Origin: an uncultured Chitinophagaceae bacterium
Lineage (GTDB): Bacteria > Bacteroidota > Bacteroidia > Chitinophagales > Chitinophagaceae
Direction: 5' to 3'
DNA: 64,000 nt
NCBI GenBank assembly: GCA_963705285.1
Contig: OY970066.1
Span: 2,168,094-2,232,093 of the forward strand
Part shown: piece after piece, positions 29,742 through 37,751 of the stretch
How the letters are laid out: the number at the start of each line of letters is the position of its first letter
How positions within the stretch are numbered: position 1 is the first letter of the stretch
Notes under the pieces: model-generated
What the model saw: the letters and a program-made list of their open reading frames with translations, nothing else
Told to the model about the DNA's origin: nothing
Databases searched by the model: none
Made by a program: the position numbers and the translations under genes

Positions 29742-31355
29742 TTAATTCTTGAATCGTTTTACAACGAGCTTTTTTCGAATAGATTGAACTTTCATGATAT
29801 CTTCGGTACAAAGGCCAAGGGTTGAATTGAGTATATGGGAATCATAACCTTCAAGTACATCTTCGATGATCAATTTCTTTTCAAAAGATTGTCTGAATTG
29901 ATTGAAGCTTTCATTTGATATTTCCACATAGGGAACTGGCAATTTCTTAAATTCCTGCGGTGTTAGTTCCAGTACTCCACCTCCGTAATATCTTCCATTA
30001 AGTTCTGCAAATGTCAGCGTTAATGAGTTATAAAAAGAATAGACAAGATGGTTAATAACAAACCCATGTCTCATATCAACTTTATAAGCTGTATCAGTTA
30101 CAAGTACAGCCGCATTGTTAACAAGAAATTTGGGATAATGATGGACACGACGAAAGAAAAATCCTTCTGGTGCTACCGCAACATTCGGAATAACGAACCA
30201 ATTTTTCCTTTTGGCACATTTATACCCTAATGGAATTTTCTTTTCAATACCTATATTCAAATATTCGGATATAGACTGATAGGAACGTGTTGTTATTTCG
30301 TCTGAAAAACAGAGTACTTTTGAGGGCTTCCCTTCAACCACAAGCTGGTCATATTCCTTTTGTTCGAACACCACGCTGCCATTTACAAAATGGCCTTTTT
30401 GGATAATAGGTCTGGCATATTTGCCAAGTCTGTAACGTTTTTCGGTTGCCTGGTCAATAATAAAAAAATTATTGGCTGCTGTTACAATGCCTGGTTTTGA
30501 TTCGCAATAATGATTGATATTATTAAGTCTCTTTCCTATATTATTTATAAAAGTTAATTCATCAGATGATACAGTGTGGTGTGTCCATTTTGTATCTGTT
30601 GCAGTCAGGGCTATATTCTGCTTTAGGATAAAATTCGAAGTGAGTAATTGATTTGTATCTGTAATGTGTGTAAAGAACTGCCCCTTTTGCACATGCTTTT
30701 TAAATCCAAATAGCAATATAGTGTCCTGGCCTTTGCATTCAAATAATAAATCATCAAAAGTGAATATTTCCAACCTTTCGAAATTCGCAGATAAATAAGT
30801 CCTGAGCTCCGCAGAAAAATTGACCTGTAATAATTCTGCGGGTAAGACAAAGGCAAGTATTCCATTCTCCGCTAGAAGCTGTGTACACCTTATCAGAAAT
30901 GTTGGCCAGATATTTTTTACGGAGGCATCAGAAAGCGAAGCGGCAATGTTTATTTCAGCGCAAACCTTGATTTGTGATTTAATTAGTAAAGACTTCTTTA
31001 TATAGGGTGGATTTCCGGCAATTAGTGAGTATTTGCTTTTTTTCTCTTTTTGATACTCAAGGAAATCCATATTTGTGAACGAAAATCGGGTATGGTGATT
31101 ATTACTTGCAAAAGCACTCTCCTTTGCTTTTTCCAATGCCTGATTTGTTTTTTCAATAGCATCAAAAGAAAAATGTATGATATTATCGGGGAAAATAGTT
31201 TGATTGTAAGCTCTGATAAAACTGCCATCGCCGACACTGGGTTCCAGAATTCGAATGCTATCGGCTTCTATAAAATAGCCGGACACGTAGGACATTATAA
31301 ATTCGGCCAGATAACTAGGTGTATAATACGAGCCTGTATGTTTTTGTTTATTCAA
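29742..31355 (-). CDS. gamma-class N6-adenine DNA methyltransferase (Eco57I/TaqI-like) with C-terminal target-recognition region
   Basis: 537 aa. GSYYTP, motif I ILEPSVGDGSF, motif IV NPPY (aa 115-118). About 300 aa of C-terminal TRD-like sequence. The start overlaps the upstream HNH stop by 4 nt. Confidence 0.8.
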   Translation of the reverse strand: MNKQKHTGSYYTPSYLAEFIMSYVSGYFIEADSIRILEPSVGDGSFIRAYNQTIFPDNIIHFSFDAIEKTNQALEKAKESAFASNNHHTRFSFTNMDFLEYQKEKKSKYSLIAGNPPYIKKSLLIKSQIKVCAEINIAASLSDASVKNIWPTFLIRCTQLLAENGILAFVLPAELLQVNFSAELRTYLSANFERLEIFTFDDLLFECKGQDTILLFGFKKHVQKGQFFTHITDTNQLLTSNFILKQNIALTATDTKWTHHTVSSDELTFINNIGKRLNNINHYCESKPGIVTAANNFFIIDQATEKRYRLGKYARPIIQKGHFVNGSVVFEQKEYDQLVVEGKPSKVLCFSDEITTRSYQSISEYLNIGIEKKIPLGYKCAKRKNWFVIPNVAVAPEGFFFRRVHHYPKFLVNNAAVLVTDTAYKVDMRHGFVINHLVYSFYNSLTLTFAELNGRYYGGGVLELTPQEFKKLPVPYVEISNESFNQFRQSFEKKLIIEDVLEGYDSHILNSTLGLCTEDIMKVQSIRKKLVVKRFKN

Positions 31356-31969
31356 GGCTTTCTAATTTCGGCAAGTTTATATGGACTAATGGTTTCTCTT
31401 GCTGCCAAATGATTTCTTACATCACTAACTACAGTAAATATTTTTTTTATCAATTCTTTATCTTGCACTTTAGATGCGAGTGTTGTTACTTCGTTAAAGA
31501 GTTTAACTTCTTTGTTTGATAATTTATATTCCCTTCTTTCATGCATAAGCTGCGGCCTATTTAAATACATTCTGTGTATCACATAGTTTGCGGATACGCA
31601 ATTCCCGTCAATGGTAAAAGTTGTATCATCGACACTAAGAATTTTATCGTAGTCGGTTAAACTAGGGTCTGGGTAACTAGCCACTTTCAAATCGGGATCT
31701 GCAGGCCAATCATCGTTTTTAAACCGGTTGCAGACGGGGCAAGTGAGGAAAAGATTGGCAATATCATTTTCGAGTTTTTTAAATGCAGCTATTGATTTAG
31801 GTCTGAAATGTTCAACATGAAAATTGTCAAGGCCACCCCAATGGTTAACATGGATAGCGCAATAAACACATTGTTGATAGCATTCTTCCGCAATTTGCTC
31901 TTTCCAGTCAGAATAAGTTCCCGTTACAGGTTGCTTTACGCCATTTTTATTTACAAGCTTGTATGTCAT
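31352..31969 (-). CDS. HNH endonuclease (PtuB-like / TIGR02646-like)
   Basis: 205 aa. CVYCAIHV ... FHVEHFRPKS ... ANLFLTCPVCNRFKND. 4-nt overlaps with both neighbours. Confidence 0.75.
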   Translation of the reverse strand: MTYKLVNKNGVKQPVTGTYSDWKEQIAEECYQQCVYCAIHVNHWGGLDNFHVEHFRPKSIAAFKKLENDIANLFLTCPVCNRFKNDDWPADPDLKVASYPDPSLTDYDKILSVDDTTFTIDGNCVSANYVIHRMYLNRPQLMHERREYKLSNKEVKLFNEVTTLASKVQDKELIKKIFTVVSDVRNHLAARETISPYKLAEIRKP

Positions 31970-32628
31970 TTTTTATCAAGTTTCTGCAATAATTCCTCTT
32001 TCAGACTTTCAAGATCCGCAATGTGTACCTGATATTGATCAAGCCATGCCTTTCTATCGTTAAATCCAGTCGTTGGAAGCTCAAGTTTCACCTGCAATGC
32101 TTTTAGCCGCTCCAATTTTTGTAAATCATCATCTCCTGCAGCAACTGCTTTTGTCAGTTCATTGAATTCGCTTAATTCTTTGGTGTTAGAATCAAGGTAT
32201 CGTTGCCCTGATCTTACAATGATTGGAGTATACATCTTGCCGCCATCTTCATCTTCCGTTATTTCTTTCCGGGTCAGAATATATTCAAACTCACTAAATT
32301 TAGAATTTAAATCATCGTCAGGAGCATAAGTAGTAACCATAAAAATCGGAAAATCTTTTAGGCGTTTACGCAGCTCCGTTACCAGCTCATTTCCTTTATA
32401 ACTAACGGGTCCGCTTTCTCCATTCGACTGATCGTTCAAACGTTCATCCAGGATCAAAACGCAAATGTCATTGGATTCGATAAAATCAAAGTACGATTCT
32501 ACCTGCTGGAAAGGGAATTGCGTAATAGTGGTAAAATTACTTTTGAAAATTTTCAAGTAATGATCAAGCGTTTTTTTCAGTGTACTGCTTTGATCGGCAT
32601 TGTCATCAATAATAGCAATCTGAGGCAT
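31966..32628 (-). CDS. CheY-like receiver domain protein with coiled-coil C-terminus (no DNA-binding output)
   Basis: 220 aa. IAIIDDN acidic pair; putative phospho-acceptor Asp61 in VLILDER (codon at 32446-32448); FMVTTY threonine position. The C-terminal 90 aa is heptad-rich. Confidence 0.65.
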   Translation of the reverse strand: MPQIAIIDDNADQSSTLKKTLDHYLKIFKSNFTTITQFPFQQVESYFDFIESNDICVLILDERLNDQSNGESGPVSYKGNELVTELRKRLKDFPIFMVTTYAPDDDLNSKFSEFEYILTRKEITEDEDGGKMYTPIIVRSGQRYLDSNTKELSEFNELTKAVAAGDDDLQKLERLKALQVKLELPTTGFNDRKAWLDQYQVHIADLESLKEELLQKLDKK

Positions 32629-32629
32629 T

Positions 32630-34966
32630 TTAATCTACTTTTGGTAACCAAATTTTAAATCTTGCTCCTTTTAATACAGGATCTTTGTCAACAATGACTT
32701 CCCCTTTTAATTCTTCAGTAATTGATTTCACAATGGTCAGACCAAGCCCAGTTCCCACGCTTTTGCTTGCATTTGCCCCAACAGTTTTTGTTGAAAACAA
32801 TGGTTCGAAAATCCGGTGTTCAAATTCTTTTGCAATTCCAGGACCGGTATCTGCGATTGAAAAATAAAACCCATCTATTTCTCCCAATGATTCTTTTTCT
32901 ACTGAAACCGATATGATCCGCTCGCCCGGTTTAAGTAGGGTCGCAGTATATGAATTGGTGAGTAAATTGACCAGAATGGATTCAATATCCATCGGATAAG
33001 TAGTTTGATAAAAATTTTCACCTTCAACATTGATTCTGATGGAAGAGGCTTCAAAAGCCGGCAACAATTCTTTTATAACTGTTCTTATTGTTTTGATGAC
33101 TTGTATTTTTCTTCTGCTGCGTTTTTCCCGTTGAACTCTGGTAAGTGCATAAGCGCCCCATGCGGCAACTTTCTTTGAATGCTTCAATGCCTTTTCTAAT
33201 TCTTCCAAGGCGCTTGCAATGTTGGGGGGCTCTTCGGTGAGCAAAAGCTTTGCAGTTGTAACAGATCCTTTAAACTGTGATATTGAGCTTTCGGTCTCAT
33301 GCCCGAATACAGCAGAAGAGATACCCATAGTGGCTAAACCACTAAGGACGCGCTGCCAGTTTAATAGTTCATTAATTGTGTCACTAACTTCCTCCGAAAT
33401 GTTTTCAACCGTTGAAATGGTTTTCATAATTGGCTTAAGAAAATTCGTCGGTTTTGTTTTATCGCCTTTTTTTTCTATTTCATCCTTGATATTAGTCAAA
33501 TCGATGGCAACGTCATTTAGTTGTGATCGTATTTTTATAGCTTCCTGGTGAGCAGAAGTCGCTTCCTTTTTCTTTTTTACTTTTTCAATTTCCGGATTTA
33601 TTTTGACGCGATAAGTTTCCAGTAACAATACAGCTCCTTTAACTATTGCTTTTAACTCTGAAAATTCAGGGGATTCTACCAAACCTTCTCTGGCTGCACT
33701 GTCTATTAATTTTGGATTGTTATCCCTTGCAATAAAAACTGCTCCTACTAATTGATTGGGGTTAACTGTATAATCATTGCCACGTCCAATACCTGCTGGA
33801 TTTCGCAGCTTCCGTTCTCCCAATTCCAGCCAATCGTATCCAAATTGTGAACTAGGAAACCCGTACGGCTTAATAGCAAAATTATCCCGGTATATTTTAA
33901 TACCAGCATTGTTATCAAGAAAGCTACGCAAATCAGATAATTTTAATTTTGTTCCTGAAATAGAAGCGGCTTCTCTTAAAAAAAATAATAGTTTGATAGT
34001 TATTGGCCCCAATGACAAATCAATCGATACTTCTTCATTAATTTCACGGCTGGATATTTGGGAAAGTAAAGTTTGCCATTGAATCAGTTCAGTCGTTTCT
34101 TTTTCAGAATACTTATCTTTTACAGTATAAATAATATCGGATCCCTTACCGTCATAAATTGCAGTTAGCTCAATCTCTGCTGCTTTATAAAAATCTGCTT
34201 TTACAATACCTGAAAACACCTGGGCTACATCATTTTCGAATCGCACTTTAAAATCTTCTACTTCTTTCCACGGCGGTGTTAAAGAAGACAATTCAAAATA
34301 TAGATTTTCAACATTGCGAGTGGACCAGGACTGGCGAAGTCCTGTAATTTTTATTTCCGTTCCTGAATTACTTTCTTTACCCTCTCGTAATGGCAGGCAG
34401 ATAGTTGTGGGATTTGTCAATTCTATATCGATATCAAATATGTCCTTGCTATCAACGTCGAAATCGTTCCAATTTACTTTCAACCCGATTATACCATCTT
34501 CTTCCGATTTAGTTTTTAATTCAAGCATTGCACCTAACCGATCAGTTGAAATACGTCCAATCCCTTTCTCACCTGTTTTACGCCTACCAAGCCCGCTGAG
34601 TTTTGATTGCCTTTTGCTTGAAAACCCGATCCGTAGCCAGCTATTTAGTAACTGGTTTCTGTTCATTCCAAAACCATTGTCTGCAACACGTATTAAATCC
34701 TTGCCATTTTTGCAAAACACTTCTACCTCGACACTATGGGCGTCCGCATCATAACTATTCTTTACCAATTCAATAAGCGCAGTAGTATGATCTTTAATAC
34801 TGTCCCGGCCAAGGTGAATTAGGGTCTTTGCATCCATGGAAAACCGTTGGAATTTAGTGTCCAGTTTGGACAGTTCATTTGACAATTTCAGGATGGAACG
34901 ATAATCAGGATCTTTAGCCTGTAGTAATTCAATAAGCTGTTTTTGCAATTTTTCAGCCGCGTGCAT
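32630..34966 (-). CDS. fusion of an N-terminal MORC/Hsp90-like GHKL ATPase (HATPase_c_3-type) with a C-terminal histidine-kinase core (DHp + HATPase_c)
   Basis: 778 aa. N-terminal module: ELVKNSYDADA, DNGFGM, GEKGIGR (aa 66-138). C-terminal module: H-box AVFGHETES (His556 = nt 33299-33301), N-box LVNLLTNSYTA, G1 DTGPGI, F-box IFEPLFSTK, G2 GTGLGL. No predicted TM segment. Confidence 0.75.
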   Translation of the reverse strand: MHAAEKLQKQLIELLQAKDPDYRSILKLSNELSKLDTKFQRFSMDAKTLIHLGRDSIKDHTTALIELVKNSYDADAHSVEVEVFCKNGKDLIRVADNGFGMNRNQLLNSWLRIGFSSKRQSKLSGLGRRKTGEKGIGRISTDRLGAMLELKTKSEEDGIIGLKVNWNDFDVDSKDIFDIDIELTNPTTICLPLREGKESNSGTEIKITGLRQSWSTRNVENLYFELSSLTPPWKEVEDFKVRFENDVAQVFSGIVKADFYKAAEIELTAIYDGKGSDIIYTVKDKYSEKETTELIQWQTLLSQISSREINEEVSIDLSLGPITIKLLFFLREAASISGTKLKLSDLRSFLDNNAGIKIYRDNFAIKPYGFPSSQFGYDWLELGERKLRNPAGIGRGNDYTVNPNQLVGAVFIARDNNPKLIDSAAREGLVESPEFSELKAIVKGAVLLLETYRVKINPEIEKVKKKKEATSAHQEAIKIRSQLNDVAIDLTNIKDEIEKKGDKTKPTNFLKPIMKTISTVENISEEVSDTINELLNWQRVLSGLATMGISSAVFGHETESSISQFKGSVTTAKLLLTEEPPNIASALEELEKALKHSKKVAAWGAYALTRVQREKRSRRKIQVIKTIRTVIKELLPAFEASSIRINVEGENFYQTTYPMDIESILVNLLTNSYTATLLKPGERIISVSVEKESLGEIDGFYFSIADTGPGIAKEFEHRIFEPLFSTKTVGANASKSVGTGLGLTIVKSITEELKGEVIVDKDPVLKGARFKIWLPKVD

Positions 34967-35144
34967 TTAGTAAAAAGTTTTGATACAGGTTAACTATCAG
35001 CGATTTACGGCAAGATATGAATTAAATACCAAGCAATACGCTTGTGTGGTCTAAAGTTAAGACACCGGACAAAAGATTCTTGTATGAATTGCATGTAAAT
35101 ATGCTGTAAATTAATAACGATAGCGAATAATTGGTATCATATAT

Positions 35145-35450
35145 TCAAACGCCCTTCAAATTCACCAAAATCCCTAACGAGTGATCATAACTCGCCACGT
35201 ATCTGATATACTTATATTCATGCAACTGCTGGAAACTGCGGTGATAGGTCGCAGCCCCAGCCAGTTTACAAAGCGGCTTCACCTCATGGCTGAATAAATA
35301 AAGGGGCGCGGCACGATTTCTTTCATACCAAATAGAAAGGAGCGCCATATAGAGCGTGATATGAGATAGCCCGATGCGCCAATCGGCGCGGGCCTTTTGC
35401 ATAAATGAATAAAATAATACGGCTAGTTCTTTCTCTGTCATCCTCTCCAT
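35145..35450 (-). CDS. hypothetical protein (mobile-element-associated, possible wHTH)
   Basis: The track ORF 35145..35483 begins with TTG; the first ATG is at 35450 (MERMTEKELAVLFYSF...). No motif recognised. Sits next to the recombinase relic. Confidence 0.4.
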   Translation of the reverse strand: MERMTEKELAVLFYSFMQKARADWRIGLSHITLYMALLSIWYERNRAAPLYLFSHEVKPLCKLAGAATYHRSFQQLHEYKYIRYVASYDHSLGILVNLKGV

Positions 35451-35775
35451 AATCACCTTTCTTTCTTCACAATTAAAAATCAATGCCCGATTCCATCCCC
35501 CGCTTGCGTTGTTTTATTTCAACGTGTTATTGATTAAGAGATACCGTCTGGAAAACCTAAACTAATTGACCCCGCTTGCCCGTGGTAACTGAACGGAAAA
35601 AATCCGGTTGAATTGACCCCTTTCGGCCATACGAAAATATGATTAATTCTTGGTGGCGTAGGCGGGTGGCTCAGCATGGGTTTTCCAGATAGGTTACAGC
35701 CAACAATTTAATTAGAACTTTGCCATTGTTGCAGACTTTCTTTGTGCAGATTTTAATTTGTCGCAACAAACTACT

Positions 35776-35980
35776 TAAGGTAGCCAAACCTGCTACCGGC
35801 TAGATGTCCCATTGTAATACAATGGTGATATTGCCAACCGCTCCAGAGTCGGGTTGCCTTGATTTCAAATTAATAACTGTATCGAAAAATCGCGCCCCCG
35901 ACTCTGGAGGAAGAGCGTAGAATTTCCGTTCGTGGTACAATGGGACATCTAGCAGGTAGCGGACGAAGCAGGCTGCCTTA
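35776..35980 (+). other. about 205-nt nested inverted-repeat structure (candidate structured RNA, oriT or recombination site)
   Basis: Outer helices: 35776-35785/35971-35980 (10 bp), 35790-35797/35955-35962 (8 bp), 35799-35816/35936-35953 (18 bp). Inner helix: 35841-35853/35897-35909 (13 bp). The two non-Watson-Crick pairs in the outer helices are T-G, so they pair only as G-U in a plus-strand RNA. Confidence 0.6.
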
Positions 35981-36033
35981 CCTCAGTCCTTTTTCTTTGG
36001 TTAGCATTAAGAAATATAATTGAAAATATTTAG

Positions 36034-36714
36034 ATAACGGGTTTTACTAACGAAAGAGAAGAGAGAAAAATAGCAATAAGCCAATTTTTAACCGGGAGAG
36101 CCAATCAAAAATATTATTACTATCACTGCAATGCAAAATGTGGTGTGAGGTTTAAAGCCGCGGAAGCAAATCGCTTGTTTTCTTCATCGCTGAAAAAGTT
36201 GCTGCCAAAGCCTGGTATGAGTGAAGTTTTTAAGCTGGTGCTGGAACAAGAATTACGGGCAAAATCAAGAGGTCAAAAAGAGGAAAGTAAAAAGGTGCAG
36301 GCCGATTTACAAAAAGCTAATACAGAGCTTGCAAATGCGCGCAGGTTATTGTTAACAGGTGAAATCGAGCCTTCAGAATACAAAACTATTAAGGCGAATA
36401 TGAAAAAAAGATGGAGAGACTAGACTGGACAATTTTCGAACTTTCCAGGCAGTCGGAAAATATTGATGATTTGCTTAAAAAGGCCGTCCAGTCGCTATCT
36501 CAGATGGATCAGCTTTATGAAAATTCAGACAACGAAGTGAAAAGACAGATAATTGGTTCGATATTTCCCGAAAAAATGGTCTTTGACGGCCAATCTTATC
36601 GAACCACAAGAGTCAATGAAGCTGTTCGCCTGATATGGGCCATGGGAGAGGGTTTCAGCGAAAATAAAAATGGACAAACCGACCAAAAAATCGATTTGTC
36701 CAGTTTGGTTACCC
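36034..36714 (+). pseudogene. serine recombinase relic (N-terminal catalytic domain missing; frameshift in an A7 run at about 36403-36409)
   Basis: In-frame after the stop at 36031-36033: ...LTGRANQKYYYYHCNAKCGVRFKAAEAN... (zinc-ribbon region). It continues in ORF 36145..36423, then shifts frame into ORF 36411..36797 (...IGSIFPEKMVFDGQSYRTTRVNEAVRLIW...ENKNGQ). No resolvase catalytic domain lies upstream. Confidence 0.65.
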
Positions 36715-36779
36715 GACCTGGATTCGAACCAAGACAAGCAGAACCAGAATCTGCGGTACTACCGTTATACTATCGGGCA
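36706..36779 (-). tRNA. tRNA-Gln (anticodon CUG), CCA encoded
   Basis: Reverse complement is TGCCCGATAGTATAACGGTAGTACCGCAGATTCTGGTTCTGCTTGTCTTGGTTCGAATCCAGGTCGGGTAACCA. I folded it by hand into a cloverleaf: 7-bp acceptor with one G-U, anticodon loop TTCTGGT, T-loop TTCGAAT. Confidence 0.85.
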
Positions 36780-36799
36780 ATAATGATACAAAACTAACA

Positions 36800-36829
36800 A
36801 AAAAGCTGAAGTAGCAACCTCAGCTTTTT
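36800..36829. terminator. bidirectional hairpin between the two tRNA-Gln genes (AAAAAGCTGA / TCAGCTTTTT)
   Basis: 10-bp perfect inverted repeat with A/T runs on both sides. Confidence 0.6.
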
Positions 36830-36830
36830 G

Positions 36831-36901
36831 TTGGCCTACCAGGATTCGAACCTAGACAAACTGAACCAAAATCAGTTGTACTACCATTATACTATAGGCC
36901 A
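36831..36901 (-). tRNA. tRNA-Gln (anticodon UUG), CCA not encoded
   Basis: Reverse complement is TGGCCTATAGTATAATGGTAGTACAACTGATTTTGGTTCAGTTTGTCTAGGTTCGAATCCTGGTAGGCCAA. Cloverleaf folds by hand; anticodon loop TTTTGGT. Confidence 0.85.
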
Positions 36902-36953
36902 TCCTAAAATGGAGTGCAAAAATAAGGTTTGAGTGCTTTGCTTCCAAAAGGTT

Positions 36954-37100
36954 TTAGCTGTTAGCTATTAGCTATTAGCTTCTAGCTTAGCCATTAGCTG
37001 TTAGCTATTAGCTTTTAGCCCTTTACAGAGCAGCCAGACCTTTAGCTATTAGCTGTTAGCTTTAGCTTGGCTATTAGCTGTTAGCTACAAGCTGTTAATC
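36954..37100. repeat. degenerate tandem heptamer array (TTAGCTN)n
   Basis: Read directly: ttagctgttagctattagctattagcttctagcttagccattagctgttagctattagc... Lies downstream of the four-helix-bundle gene. Confidence 0.8.
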
Positions 37101-37185
37101 CTTTACGCCGAGGAAACGGTCCAAGCCTCCAAAATCGTTCGCACGTCATCCAATGTAGCGCTGCAAGTGCCCTGAGTGACACCCG

Positions 37186-37551
37186 CTAACGGTTAGCAGT
37201 TGCTTTCAGGGTTTTGCCGAATGCAGTAAGCATTTTTTCCTCTTCCGCCAGTTGATGTAGCAATTCCACCACCAAATCCCTGCTGCCATAATTGAGCTCT
37301 TTTGCTATTAGTAATTGTGTTTCAAGTTCAAAACAGGAACCAAGTGAGATTTGGATAAAATGCAGGTAATCTTTACTGCTATTTCTGCCACTGCCTTCTG
37401 CAATATTTGATGGTATAGATACTGCAGCACGGTTCATTTGCGACACCAAACCAAACCGTTCATTAGAAGGAAAATCTTTGGTTAGTTGATAGCTTATAGT
37501 TGCTATTTCAATTCCTTTTTGCCAGATTTTTAACTGTTTGAAATTACGCAT
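37186..37551 (-). CDS. four-helix-bundle protein (23S rRNA intervening-sequence protein family)
   Basis: 121 aa. FKQLKIWQKGIEIA..., SQMNRAAVSIPSNIAEGSGRNSSKDYLHFIQISLGSCFELETQL are hallmark motifs of this family. Confidence 0.85.
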   Translation of the reverse strand: MRNFKQLKIWQKGIEIATISYQLTKDFPSNERFGLVSQMNRAAVSIPSNIAEGSGRNSSKDYLHFIQISLGSCFELETQLLIAKELNYGSRDLVVELLHQLAEEEKMLTAFGKTLKATANR

Positions 37552-37557
37552 AGAGAA

Positions 37558-37589
37558 GCTGTTAGCTATTAGCTTTTAGCTATTAGCCA
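37558..37589. repeat. (TTAGCTN) heptamer array, forward arm
   Basis: gctgttagctattagcttttagctattagcc. Inverted partner at 37714-37751. Confidence 0.75.
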
Positions 37590-37713
37590 TACCGTGGCAA
37601 GTTAATTTACCAAGCTAACAGGACAAGGGTGAAAACCTCTCTTTAAAGCTGTTTTTTAAACACACTTTTTGGTATAAAACACCGAGGCCTAATATTGGCA
37701 AGACAAAAGCACT

Positions 37714-37751
37714 AAAAGCTAACAGCTAATAGCTAATAGCTAACAGCTAGC
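37714..37751. repeat. (NAGCTAA) heptamer array, reverse arm
   Basis: aaaagctaacagctaatagctaatagctaacagctagc. Overlaps the cphA stop codon. Confidence 0.75.

Noticed and set aside
36411-36797. 128-aa ORF that appears to extend a recombinase C-terminus through ...VTRPGFEPRQAEPESAVLPLYYRAI.
   Set aside because: The last about 30 codons are simply the reverse complement of tRNA-Gln(CUG) read as protein. The coding part is a frameshifted relic and ends near the tRNA boundary.
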